Made by a program: the position numbers and the translations under genes
Shown: positions 25,641 through 38,610 of the stretch, in pieces
How the letters are laid out: each line of letters starts with the position of its first letter
How positions within the stretch are numbered: the first letter of the stretch is position 1
The notes under the pieces: generated by a model
What the model was told of the DNA's origin: nothing
The model's database searches: none
Seen by the model: only the letters and a program-made list of their open reading frames with translations
NCBI GenBank assembly: GCA_035221665.1
Contig: CM069140.1
Coordinates: 42,160,001 to 42,224,000, forward strand
Source: Okamejei kenojei
Lineage: Eukaryota
DNA: 64,000 bases
Direction: 5' to 3'

Positions 25641-25734
25641 CGTGGATTCTGGTTTAGTAGTGATTAAGCATGATGAGAATTAAGTCAATTACATTTTCTT
25701 ATTCTTCATAATATCTTCCTTTTTCAACACTAGT

Positions 25735-26070
25735 GGGTCTCAGCCTTGGCTCAATGATAAAACATCAAATGTTGATTACATTATCAGATATCCCTCTGAT
25801 GAGATATTAAACAGGTGATCTGAACAAGTTCTGGCATTATTCAAAGAAGAATGGAGTTTTCCTGGCATTCTGGCCAATATTTATCTTTTTGGTCCACATC
25901 TAAAAGCAGATAATTTAGTAATTTGTTTCACAGCAGTTTGTGAAATCTCGCTGCGTACAAATTGGCTGCCATATTTCTTATGTTACAGCAGTAATTACTT
26001 TTAAAATTATTGTATTCTTTGTAAAGCACTTTAGGACGAACTGAAAAAAACATTGTTATAATTGTTAGCT
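25735..26070 (+). mobile_element. DeuSINE (SacSINE1/AmnSINE1-like)
   Basis: gatgagatattaaac...tattcaaagaaga...ctggccaatatttatc...gtttgtgaaatctcgctgcgtacaaattggctgcc...ttacagcagt...tgtaaagcactttaggacg follows the Deu-domain consensus as I recall it. Confidence 0.7.
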
Positions 26071-29000
26071 GTTTCTTCCTTAACATCACATATGTTAGTG
26101 GTTAAAACACTAGTCGCTAATTGTCCATGCCATTTGATGTTGTCTTTGAATATTTGATAATGGCCAGGAGACAAATGTGTACAAATCCACTCCACCAGCA
26201 GCAGAATATATCACATCAACTCTTTTTGCATGTTCTCAGTCTTATTAGGATTATTCAAAATCTTGTGGTGTTAACCTTCTGCTTTATATGAAGCCTTTAC
26301 ATAACTTCAGAGTACAGAAAGTAGGCAATGCATTTTGAGCAATTTTGCCTTTAAAAAATAATTGAAGGGAAAATCAAAAGGGCAGGGGGAGGACAATGTG
26401 GGGGTTGGTTTACAGTAACCAATAATCAAACTGCAGTTCATTTCTGACATTTGGCAATGATTTATGACTAGATTACAGGTGGGGTGACAGCAGCACTCTG
26501 GATTGAGTAGAGTGTGCAGTTGAACTAATGTCATAAGCTTGGTTATTCAACATTCCTAGATTAGTACAGTTATTGGTTTATTTCTGGATTCACCTTTCCT
26601 CAGTATTCAAGAGAGTTTTGAGGCTTGCAACAAAAAATCAATGTTTTTATTGTGATTTAGTTATGTTTTAGGAGGGAGTAAGAGAGGAGAGCAAAACATC
26701 GTTTCGTCCAATTAAAATTATATCTTTTGGCCTCTTGGTAGAAAATGTTAAAAATATTTTTTAATCGTACTGTTAGGTCCAAAACATATTTGGGTATAAG
26801 GCATTCTTGTAGTAAAATATCAGGTTAAAATATATTTGTTGTATTTTAGCAAGAAAGATCATGGGATAATTATTTGAGATCAATTTATAGTTGTGGATGA
26901 GTATATGTTCCCTTCAAAGGTTTGACCCAAGAGAAGGTGTGGTTTAAATGTTGGCTTTTGTTATACATTTAGGAAATAAATAACTCATGGGTTTGCTTGA
27001 CCAGATGTTTCAGTCATGAGTGCTAATGTTGGAGAATTATTAAGTATTTTGTTCATAAGAGGTGACTGACAGTCTCTTTTCACTTATACTTAAAAGTCAA
27101 GGTGATTGAAATAAGTGCCAAGAGATAACATAAATCACACAAGGCTTCCAACCAGGCTGAATGAGCTGTCATTATATGATTTCTTAATATGCAGAGTGAA
27201 AAAAAATGCTGTCTGCATTAGTCTATGAAAGACGTCACCAGGTTAAAAATTGAAAGCTCTCATTGTACCTTTTTGAGAGAAAGCTTAGTACAGTACACTC
27301 TGAATTAGTAAAGATCAATGCCTGCATTGCAGGGTCCCCAGAGCAGCCAGACTAGTGAACTGAGTTCTCTCAGCTGTTAGACGGACTTTGTTGAAATGCA
27401 AAGAAAAAGAGACAGGCAATTTGTAATTAGCATGTGTCTCATATCACTGTTGACATCTCTCACAGTTCAATCTGACGACTTGCATTTCTTTATCTTATTC
27501 ATTTTTCAAAAACTACATTGTAAATAATTAAATCCATTGATCGCTGCCTTGTATATATTTTTCCCGACCTATAATGCTTTTCATCTTTTGTACTGTCACG
27601 TTTGACACAAAAATGACTTCAGTAAAATGTTCTGAGTGACTTTGAAGACCAAAGGGCTGGTGTATAATTGAGAGGCTGCATTAATGATCGACAAAGAGAA
27701 AACTTTCCTTATAATTTTTCCCTAGTTCTAGTGCCTTGTATTTCCCAAGAGAAATTAATATCTGTGGATAGGGCATTTTCCGTCCATTACTTTCAGGACA
27801 GTGGAGACTACCTCCTGCAAGAGTTTAAAAGCACTAAATTTCACTTTGGTGGTGGGTAATATCAAGTCTTTGTTTGTGTTTACAATTAATTATTTGAAAA
27901 TGTTCACCAATAAAATTCAATATATGAATCATATCTCTATTACATTCTCCACCCGCCACATGAATGATCACTGCTGCTGAAAGGTTCTGTTGATGCAATC
28001 TTGTCTAATAACTGAGTTTTAATGTTAGAATCCATGCTTTCCTAAAAGGAGAACATTGTCGAGCTGCCCATTATAAGCAGATAACGATACTATAATTACT
28101 GCCATGCAGTAACTAATTGTCCTATAAGAGGACTAAATGCTTGATTGTTTGAAACATGATACTTTGCTCAAAATCACCAAAAGGAAATTTTGAAGAATAT
28201 TAGGCGTGGCGGGGGGAATTTCATTAAGATTTTAAGATTGCATTCTGATTAAGAATTCTACAGGACATTACCATACCTATTTATTACATTGGACTGGACC
28301 ATGTTCAACCTAACCCACATCCTATATTTGTTCCCTGTGCAATTGTTGCTGTATATTAACACTTCCGTGGCCTATGAGATAAATTGTGCTCCAGATTGTG
28401 CTGCCACAGCCATCCTGTGAAGCAGGGTGGCCCATGAACAGATTTGCCTGATATTCTTTGTGCTGGTAAAGAGGTTTTTTTTTACTGTTTCTATGTTACT
28501 CTGGTAATCAGAAATGTTTCAAATAGTTGAAAAAAGATTTAAATATTGTTTTAAAATTCTTTTTTTTGAAAAAATAACTGATATAACATGAACAAAACGA
28601 TCCTAAAAAATCACTTCTCATTTTGATCCTATTCGACAACTCCATTCAAATAGTGAGGTCAACACTAATTGCTGACATAATGTGTAAGGACCCCAAATCT
28701 TATTCTTCCTCAATTCTTCCTCAATTTTGGAATATTTGGGTTCCTTCCCCAGACATTGCTGAGCTCACAGGTGGAGCAAGAGGTCAGCTGTTGTGGCATC
28801 TAATCTCCAACTCTTTACTGCCTTCCTTACTGCAGTCCATGATACTAATCTGCTTTGAGTTGCTCCACAGCAGTTTACTGGGGAATTACTGTCGAGGAAG
28901 AACACCATCCAGACCATCATTAGTGGTTCTATAAATGTTTGAGGCTAGAGGCCACTTGATTGTATTGGAAGTCAGAATGTTGTGGCTTTGGTGTGACAAA

Positions 29001-29375
29001 TGCTAAATGTGATCATCACCAGCCTCACACCCACACCAACAAACTCGCCAACTATAAGTATGTCTTCTTAACCAAAAGTGCCACAGACATTCCATTAATA
29101 ATTTAAATATGTTGCAGTTTCATTTCATTTTGTAACCACACAACACCTTTTATTTATCCGCAATAAAAGCAACGTAAAAATCTTTGCAATAGAAAATTGA
29201 CGAGGTTGGGGCAAATTAAAAAAAAAATGCTGTTATCATTGCAACAGTTTTGTCTGCTTTGCACTAAAAGTAACATTGAGTGATAGGTGCATGCTTAAAA
29301 TAGCACTGGTGTTAGTACTCATAAATACTCTATTTATACAAACATTTTTACGGAGGCTTGTGGATGAAAAGATTA

Positions 29376-29521
29376 NNNNNNNNNNNNNNNNNNNNNNNNN
29401 NNNNNNNNNNNNNNNNNNNNNNNNNNNNNNNNNNNNNNNNNNNNNNNNNNNNNNNNNNNNNNNNNNNNNNNNNNNNNNNNNNNNNNNNNNNNNNNNNNNN
29501 NNNNNNNNNNNNNNNNNNNNN
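29376..29521. other. Assembly gap (146 N)
   Basis: Run of N. Confidence 1.
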
Positions 29522-30095
29522 CTGAAATTCACACGGTGCAAAGCCAAGGGAATAGAGACACACACCACGATGAACAGGAAGGTTTAATGGCTAGCACAGT
29601 GTACGGTAAGTCCTTTAAAAGGGGGGGGGGGGGGGGGAGAAGGAGTGGAGACACTTTTAAGAAGCCAGACAACTTTTAATAAGCCAGGGATACGCAGCTG
29701 TGAGGTTTGGCGGGCATTTAACATTACTGGCCGGTTATCATTGGTTCTGAAAACTCGTGCTTACGTTTTCTTTCCCCAATGAGCCAATGAAAATGTCCGA
29801 TCAGCAAAGGCGATTAACTAAAACTACCTACGACTACCTCGACTACCCATAACTACATGGCGACCACACGAAAACTTCACCTACGACTACAGGATTCTCA
29901 ATTTTCTCCATATTGAAAAATTTGCGGCGACCATACTGAGGCAGCGACTAGTTCCCAGAGTGCGGGAACTCCTCGTGACCATGAAGGAGACTCACCAGAG
30001 ACCACCAGCGAACATGTGGTGACCATATGGCGATCATAAGGCGAGCGCAGAATCTCTGCACTCGCCTAAAAAGTCGCCTAAGTGGGACTGGCCCT
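29522..30095 (+). mobile_element. Harbinger-type MITE with left end lost in the gap
   Basis: Right terminus AAAAAGTCGCCTAAGTGGGACTGGCCCT|TAA; interior is the reverse complement of 24023-24612. Confidence 0.88.
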
Positions 30096-30262
30096 TAAGA
30101 GCCTCTCCTTGCATGCATAGTTGGCAGTATTTAGGCATTGTGTGTTCACTAATGCGTGTTCATTAAGTATCTTCCTGGAGTGGATTAGGTCTATTGGGTA
30201 TCACTCCTACTTTGGCTTCATTGGCTTCCAAATCTCTCCAGGCCTCTAAGCATGTTAAACAC

Positions 30263-30350
30263 CTCTGATGACGAATCTATGACCGGAAATGTTTCTCTTC
30301 CCATAGATGTGGCTTGACCTGCTGAGTATTTCCCACATTTCCTGTTTTTA
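30263..30350 (+). mobile_element. Old Penelope pLTR with hammerhead remnant
   Basis: ctCTGATGAcgaatctatgaccgGAAAtgtt...gacctgctgagtatttcccacatttcctgtttt. Confidence 0.55.
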
Positions 30351-30774
30351 TTATGCTCAACCTCTCTCCTGGTCATCAACTTTGATTTCCAGTGCTGTGT
30401 TTGAAATTGGGTGCTTGCTCTCACATCTGCCTCAGCATTGTAATCCTGAATGTGCCCTAAGATGGTCGCATTATTCATCGAGCTCAGGGGGCCAAATTGA
30501 CTTATCCATGTTGTATGATTCCACGCTGTGCAAGGACACTGACCTGTGGTTCCAGTCAACGATCAACTTTCCTTAAAGAGCTGTTGGCTTGACTTCAATC
30601 AATATCAATTACATTCAGCTGGTGCACAAAACTCTTGAAAATTGTTCCCGATTAATGCGCATTGAAACCTGGGGGCTTTGTTCTATTCCAGCATTATTTG
30701 TAAGCCACATTCTACAGATGATTTGACCAAATTTTCTCCCAGGGAGCTTTTGAAACTGTTTTTAGCCAAATTCT

Positions 30775-30902
30775 AGTCTGAAGAGGGGTCCCAACCCAAA
30801 GTGTAATCTCTCCATTCCTCCACGCAAGCTGTCTGACCCACGGAGTTACTCTAGCACTTTGTATTTTGCTCAAGATTCCAGCATCTGCAGTTTCTTGTAT
30901 CT
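30775..30902 (+). mobile_element. Solo Penelope pLTR
   Basis: agtctgaagaggggtcccaacccaaa...gagttactctagcactttg...gattccagcatctgcagtttcttgtatct. Confidence 0.75.
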
Positions 30903-31061
30903 TTAGTTAACTCATGCTACTTCTTCATCCCTGATTATTCTGCTTCAGGTTAATCTGGGATCAGCTCAGCAGTGTGTATTCAACACTGTGGTTAGCATTA
31001 TTGGTTTTGATTGACCAGGGTATTGCATTACACTAAGAAGTTCAACAATGGAGGAAAACAT

Positions 31062-31385
31062 AGTATTTATTGCATTTCCTAGCAAAAAATCTTAATGTGC
31101 TTCCCCTGCAGTTAGTTGTTTTGAAATGCATTTCCTATTATTATACCATTAATCACAGCAGTTGTTTTGTGTACAATAGTGTCTCACAAATAGTGATTAG
31201 GTGGATCTTTAATTAATCTGTTTTTGGTGTTGACCAAGAATTTTCCTATGAATGGTTCGTAATCAACTATATTATTGGAACATGTAGATAACAAGGTTTA
31301 CATGATTCTGCAGCTATATTAAGCTTTCAAATCTGAAATGGTGCCCAATCTCTTGAAGCAGGTGAAAATGCTGTTAACTGAGCCT
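31062..31385 (-). mobile_element. DeuSINE-like remnant
   Basis: Diverged reverse-complement similarity to 25735-26070 (gcagttgttttgtgtacaatagtgtctcacaaatag...atctgtttttggtgttg...taactgagcc). Confidence 0.45.
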
Positions 31386-33554
31386 GAACTGACTCATGGA
31401 GCAAGATAGTACAATGCAGTATTATTTTAGCAGTTGTGGTAACTCATTCATAATAAATGCCTTACTGGGAGTATCTAAACCAATACCAATTAGAAAATGT
31501 AGTTATTATTAGTCTTCTTTTTCTTTACTTTAACAGTACACAATGATTACCCTTTTGTTGAGGTGTGTAGCGAATGAACTGATATTAACCCTTTGTAAAT
31601 TATATTTATGCAAATTTCCATAAAGTCTAATAAAATTGGATGGGAAATAATAAAGGACTAATAGAGTGCTTCTTTTTGGGATTTTGTCTCTGCCTATTAT
31701 AAAAAAAAAGCAACTGATGGCAGGGCTTAAACACCTTGCGCTGAACATATCTCAAGCTCAGTCCGAGCTGATGCATTATTATATACTGATTTAGACGAAA
31801 TGTGGCAGCATTAATGTGAGCAGGGAAGATGGTTAGAAATCGAGGTGAGATGAATGGGTCAGAGCTTAATAATTATCTGGAGATGAGTTGAGGATGGTGG
31901 TTATGAAGTTTTCAGTTGCCTTATAATAGTGGATAGCTGCTAGATATTCCCAGTGTATGGTGGGTGCAGTGGTGGGTTTTACAGGATATGTGTCCGATGA
32001 TGCAGGAAGCTCTCTGAAAATTGTGTCTTTCTTTTGATAGAGCAATGTTGGCAGATTCATTTGGAAGGGATAGATTGCTCGGGAGAGGAAGCAGGGGAAA
32101 GGTCGTTTTTGATTCCACCACGCTCTGGAATTAAAGACTGCGTACTTTCAAAATGTATCTTGTATTTCTGGAAAAATATGACTCCATTAAATTTTAGAAC
32201 ACTTACATTTAAGAATTTGGGGAAGGCTAACCAATTTTCAGTCCATATTGGTCCACTATAGTTCCTTTTCAAAAGTCTGATTGCTTTATTTTACCATTGC
32301 TCAGTAGACAACTTGATTGTTGATTAATCAGAAAATTATATATTCAAATCCTTTCAAATAAGGATGCACTTCAGTTGCTTTTAGATGAAGTTACTTTAAA
32401 AGTACTATTGACCAAGGACATACCCATAATTGTACCAGAGCAATCTGCAAGAAACTTGGTGGTACCCTTAACAGTTTGAGCCACATCTAAGTTATGGCAC
32501 AAGATGCAACTGCATGAATTGATTTCAGAATAACTCACTTTTAACCACAAATATAAGAAAGTGTCAACCAAAGTGCCATTTGTTGATGGCTCTTGTAGGA
32601 ACGACAGCTTCAATGCCTGCTACCATACCAAACAGATGAGTTTACTCTAATAAGATGAGCCATATTTAACCAGTTAAGATTGTTATCTCATAAAAACATG
32701 TACAACCTTAGCTTTTAAGTACTTTACAAGCAAGGCCAGCTGTTCTTGCCATCATTTACTTATTGGCTCATGTATTGCATGGCTGTCTGTTTTAGCAGTA
32801 GCCTAAGATTATGGGAGCTGCTGATAACTCTAATTAAAGCCTAATTACATTGATTGTTGCAACTGCAATAGCCTGAACTAATTTATTTGTTTCACTGTGT
32901 AAACTTTGGGATGCACAAGATAATGGATTTTTTTGCTATTGGCAGAGGTGGCATTCGGTGAGATTAAAGGCTTTCGTATAAACCAATTTACCCAGCAAAT
33001 CTTAAATTTGCAATAAAGTTAAATTGTAGATCCAATAAGAGTTGAATTAACTTTGTATTTTTGACTTGGTACTTCCGTTGCAGATCTGCAAAATGTAACC
33101 ATAAGGACGGAGTGAACTCAACATGAGACTGTTCAACTGTTCTTTGCTTACATTTTATAACAAGATACAAATAAAAACTTGCAACTAGACAAGTGAATGT
33201 GCAAACGACGAATGGAGTATAATTTGGTATTTATTCTAGAAGAGAAAGTATTTTCATAACAGTTTACATTTGTTTGTAGATCAAAGCACTTAAACAAGTA
33301 TAATTTTCAGATAATGATGCAATCCCACCTTGGAAAATCTATTATGTGAGGTTTAAATACAACTACTTTTTCAACAATAATAGCTTCTGTATATATTAGT
33401 TTCAACAAACACACGAACTGAAGATAACATAATCACCTTTGTAAAGTAAATTTGAAAACTTTCCGTTTTAATTCCTGTATTATGTTCCTCATTACAGTGT
33501 CAATGTTCATTTCTCATCAAACTGTTATTCATTTAATTTCCTCATCAAGAGGGT

Positions 33555-33770
33555 AATCAGTCTGTGGAATACTGCATCCAAGGCAACAGTGGAGGGTCAG
33601 TTGCTGAACATATTCAAGGCAGAGGTTAATAGTTTAATTTTGGACATTGAGGGAATAGAGGAGGATGGGGGTTAGCACGAGAAAGTGATGCTAAGGTAAA
33701 CAATCAGCCACATTCCTATAGAATAGTAGATCGGGCACAGGGGCTAAATAGCCTACTTCTGCTTCACTTT
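33555..33770 (+). mobile_element. CR1 LINE 3' end (old)
   Basis: ctgtggaat...gtggagg...atattcaaggcagag...atcagcca...aggggctaaatagcctacttctgct parallels 40680-40885. Confidence 0.65.
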
Positions 33771-35513
33771 ATTGTAATAATTACCATTTGTCCCAATTTA
33801 AACTGACTAGACTTTAGGTCCTGCTAATTATCATGTCTTAAGGTCTTGCTGATATGTCACGGAGTCTACAATGTCTTTGACTATGCAAAATAATCTACTT
33901 AGAACCTGTGTGTTAGCCTAACTCTTCATCGGTCAAATCCCTGGTCATAGCTCTTATTTTTTGTTGTTGTTCATTGAAATATATGACATGATTGGGTGGA
34001 GGTATGCACAATAATCATTAGCCACTGGTATTATTTCTTCAATGGATAATGGAAAGCCACGAAAGATTAATATAATAGCCATCAGGGAATTATTTCAAAG
34101 ACAGGACACCTGGGAGTGATACTATAATCAATGTCCCCAAAGTCTGTACAATATGAATGTTCATCTTGAGAGGAAAAGGAGAAATGCAGGAATGGGTGCA
34201 GTGTGGTGAGAGAGAAGACAAGATATAGGTTAAAGTACAAAAATAAGTTATTAAGCACAGTAATTTCATACCAAGTCTTTAGAGAAAAGTTTGAAGTTTA
34301 TAATTACTATCTGAGAATCCAAGATTAATTTACACATCGTAAATGACTCATTGGTATGTATTATTGTTTACAACATGGATGTACATTTATTAATGTATTC
34401 TCTTTATGTATGTGTTAGTTGTCTATTGTGTGTAATGAGGTAATTGTCACAAGGATTACTATTTACATGACTATTATTGAATATTTCTTCACATTATCAG
34501 CAAATAATAACAAAGTTTGTTATATGCTGTTATCAGTATAGAGGCTATAATCTAGCCAGATAGCACCTTATCTATCATAAACTGAGATGGTATTCTGAAT
34601 TAAGACGAATCAATTCTGCGATCACAACATTTTTCATCATACTGGGGAATGATCATTTAGTAAAAGTTTCAATGCTTTTGCTGACAGCATGTTATCCCAT
34701 CGAACCCTCTTGATGCGCAGATGCAGTCACAGATGGGAGTCTTGTACCTGCATGCATAGCAAATGAATTACAATGACAATCTTCTTTATAAAGCATAAAT
34801 ATGTAATTTGTTCAGCTGCTGTAATTAAATATGTATGTGTGAAACAGCTACCGTTCAGGTCATTACCAATGCGCCACACTGGATTAGAGAGCCCTGAGAT
34901 AGAAATTTACTGTGAAATGTAGCAAGGGAATATAATTGGCAGTACTGAAGGAAAGCTGAGGCGTCTTGACTCTTTGCTAAATGTTCTACAAGTGGAGGTG
35001 TGAATTAGTAAACAGCAAAGAATGCAGTGGGAAAAACAAGTAATTGCGATGGTGTAATTTGAGAGACCATTCAATCATTTGTCAGCCCACTTTTCATTTG
35101 CCGTTACTTATAAATACATTTCTTTACATATAACCATTTATCTTTATCATACTGCATGTAGCACTTTAGAAAAAGTTCAAATATATTCTTAATTATATTT
35201 CAAATACAATGAAAAATGAGAAAGGTGTTCTGTGACCCTGCAAAATGAGTAGTCGAAAGACATGCACTTAATATTGCAATGGTTTGCTACTAAAATGATA
35301 TTGAATGCTTTATTGCATGCTTAACTCACACTGGTGTGATTAATATCATGACATTTGTTAGTGCAGACAATTTACATGAAGAGAAGGCAAATAAAAAGGG
35401 CAATTTCTGTTTAATTTTTAATCTTTAAAAAATTCACTATTATTTAGTGATCCACATTTTATACCAATATGTAATTTGTCATTATTTCCCAGAGGTTATA
35501 TAAACAATATAAT

Positions 35514-35690
35514 AGATACAAGAATCTGTAGATGCTGGAATCTTGAGCAAAACACAAAGTGCTGGAGGAATACAGCCAAGCAGTGAGTCGGGCAGCATCT
35601 GGGGCGGGTACAGACCAAAACAACACCTGTCTATTCCCACCCCAGATGCTGCCTGACTGCTGAGTTCTTCCCGTATTTTATGATTTGCAT
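35514..35690. mobile_element. Inverted pair of Penelope pLTR fragments
   Basis: Minus pLTR (gatgctggaatcttgagcaaaacacaaagtgctggagg...gcagcatctgggg) abuts a plus pLTR (ccccagatgctgcctgactgctgagttc). Confidence 0.7.
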
Positions 35691-36082
35691 AGGATCATGG
35701 TGCCAAGGCAAAAGAGTGAGAAACAAAATTGTATTATATTTGGATATTTCCAAGTTAACTGACATGAAGTTAAATTGCTTGTGTGCCTCTTCTTGGCATT
35801 GGTTGAAAAGTAGCTGAATACTATTTAATATAGTTTGAAGGGTAAATTTATGAATTGATTAAAATCTAAAAGTTTATATTTGGATTTCTAATGATGTCAA
35901 CTTAATGATTTCTAACTTTATTGAACGGTTCAGGTTATTGTGTGGCAGAAAATTCAACTAGTTTCATTCCTTAAAAAAAAAACAGCCACTCCAATACCTT
36001 TACTTAATCCTGGTAGCAAATAAAATTTGTGGTGAGACAAATTCTAGTGAAACAAATGTCATCTCATGATACAGATTCAGCT

Positions 36083-37085
36083 TAGTTTATTGTCATATAC
36101 ACTAGGGTGCAATTAAGTTCATAGTTTGCATGAAACTCAGAGCGAACAATAAATTCAGAAGTACAACAATAAATACTACAATAACTGTAAAGCAGCAGAA
36201 TTGTGGCACAATCTGAGCTGGTGCAATGAAAAAAGTAAAGTTCCATAATGGAATAGTAGAATGAGGTAGAGCTAAGAATAAGAGGACATGGCAGCACCTC
36301 CACAAGGGAATGCAAAAGCAATGAATAGTTCATTGTTCTGAGAGCAACGGGGAGAACCTGTTGTTGAGTCTTGTTGCCCAGGCTTTCTTGCTCCCGTATC
36401 TTCTCCCTGAAGGCAGAAGAGGGAAAGGGGAATATCCAGGACGACAAGATACTTCCAGCCTTTCTGATGCAATGCATCATGAAGATCAACTTGATGGTAG
36501 AAGTGACGAGTCTGTGATTGACTAGGTCTGTGTTCACCACTCTCTGCAGATTCAAATGATCATGAAAGTGGTAGATGTCATACAAGCCTGAGATATGTTC
36601 CATCAAAAGACATTTAACAGCACATCTGCAGAACTGCAAGAGAATTCTTGAGGTCATGCTGAATCTTCTCAGATGCTTATGGAGGCTGATGCTGGTGATA
36701 TGGATGGCAAGTAACCTGAAACAGTCAACCATCTCTGCAGCAGTTCTGATGAAGAAAGGATTGTGTTCACACTTCCTCTCTCCCCCCCCCCCCCCCCCCC
36801 CCCCCCCCCATTTGTTGCCTCTTTGTTGTACTCTGCCTCATTGTTGTGTTGGTGTGGCTGACCGCAATGTTATTATCGGTGAACTTAAAGTTATCGGTGT
36901 GCTTGTCCGCATAGTCGTGAGTGGATAGGGAGTAGAGGAAGGAGCTGAGCACAGAATCCTCATGAGCTCCAAGGGTTAGGGTGGAGGAAATGTTATGACC
37001 AAATCTAACTGACTGAGGTCTGTCTGGTGGTAAGGAAATCTAGAAGCCAGTTGCAGATGGTGGACCCAAGGCCTAGGATCAGAAC
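36083..37085 (-). mobile_element. Rex1/Babar-clade LINE, degenerate RT and 3' end
   Basis: Minus translation includes LSSFLYSLSTHD...KFTDN and LRRFSM...LLQFCRCA...LQRVVNT, ending in a GACAATAAA tail as at 826-832. Poly-C tract at 36782-36809. Confidence 0.75.
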
Positions 37086-37953
37086 AGCTAAAACATACAG
37101 ATCAAGATCACAGTTGATTTCCACCTTGTAATGTGTTGACTGGTCTCAGCAAGAGTAACATATGCCGCAAAGTAGTCAAAGTATTCCCCAAATCTTTAGA
37201 TTAGTATTTGGGGAGGGAAGAGAGTGATTGAGGAGGCTTTTCCTTTTTGCTCACAGCAGAGCAGCATCTTTGCTTATAGTGTAGAGATAGAGTGTGGAAA
37301 CAGGCCCTTTGGCCCTCCAAGTCCATATCGGTCATAGATCAGCCGTGTACTAGAACTATGCCATCCCATCCCGCAATTCTTCTCGAATTTTATGAGAAAG
37401 CACAAGGTTAGCATGGGTGCATTGTTGTCCATTGTCATTCACAAGCAAGGTTTATGTGTGAATGATCCCATTTAGTTTGGATAGATGAGGCTAGCAACAC
37501 TCTTAGAAATATTCTGCAGGAGGGAGGCAACACAATTAAAATGGAAATGGGTGAAATTGTTAAAAATTATGGCCCATTGACACCAGCTATAATTATAACA
37601 AAGTTAACATATAAGACACATGACATAGAAGACACACGATTTTGTGCGCTCATTGATGCTAAGACATAGAAGACATGATTTTGCAGTGAATATTATCTTG
37701 CTGATATTCTATAATAAATCATGATAAAATCAATCCAGCAGCTTAATTTTGAATTTTTAACTAAAACGTCTTGCTGAGCCAAGATTGCTGCGTTTTATGA
37801 AATGGATCCACCCCAGCCACAAATATCCGACTTGCATACAGGCCTTTATATAAATCAGCATCTGCAATTTCTTGTGTCTTCATAATCATAGTTGACAGTT
37901 GTCACGGAATCATTGGTATGTAATAAAAACTTTCTTAAATCAGAGGATTTTTA

Positions 37954-38253
37954 GGGACTGCACGGTGGCGCAGCGGTTGAGTTGCTGTCTTACAGTGCCA
38001 GAGACCCGGGTTCGATCCTGATCAAGGGTGCTGCCTGTACAGATTTTCTACGTTCTCCCATTGACCTGCATAGGTGCTCTGGGTGCTCTGGTTTCCTCCC
38101 ACACTCCAAAGACAGGTTTGTAGGCTAATTGGCTTTGGTAAAAATTGTGGTGTCCCTGGTGAGTGTTTGATAATGCTAGTGTACAGGAATCGCTGGTCGA
38201 CACGCTCAGTGGGCCTGTTTCCATGCTCTATCTCTAAACTGAACTAAACTAAA
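37954..38253 (+). mobile_element. HE1-type tRNA-derived V-SINE, full length
   Basis: A box TGGCGCAGCGG (37966-37976), B box GGTTCGATCC (38009-38018), V domain (cgttctcccc...gggtgctctggtttcctcccacactccaaagac), gggcctgtttcc 3' end and (TAAAC)n tail. Confidence 0.9.
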
Positions 38254-38610
38254 TTCATAAATGTCACATTAATCTTACATAGCATTGAGTATATGGCTTT
38301 TTGGAATTGGTACTTAACTGCATTGGACATATCTTGGGCTCCACTCTGAGAGGCTAGATAACTTTCATCCTCATGTCACAGCATCTAACTTGCAGAAAGT
38401 GGAAAAAAGGAAAACCTTTGCCCTATACCAGACATTCATATATTTTCAGAAGCATCAAGCACTGCGGAGATAGTTGTCCGCCTTTGATTCTTTTAAAAAA
38501 TTAGCTCGTCTTCCAAGTGATCTTTTCTGTAATTTTGGTACTCAGCACATGTTTCCTCAAGTACTATGTCTTATCTAAAGTCTTTTATATCAGTAAACAT
38601 TTTAACCTTC

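Noticed and set aside
29236-29587. ORFs spanning the N run
   Set aside because: Artefacts of translating the assembly gap.
31790-32110. Very old L2/CR1 remnants (also about 1870-2450, 16750-17010, 20200-20390, 58975-59250)
   Set aside because: Composition is suggestive, but they are too degenerate to assign family or boundaries by eye.
36575-36952. Poly-Pro and poly-Gly ORFs
   Set aside because: Produced by a poly-C homopolymer inside a decayed Rex1 LINE.
37954-38025. tRNA gene
   Set aside because: The A and B boxes belong to the tRNA-derived head of a multi-copy SINE, which continues into the V domain.
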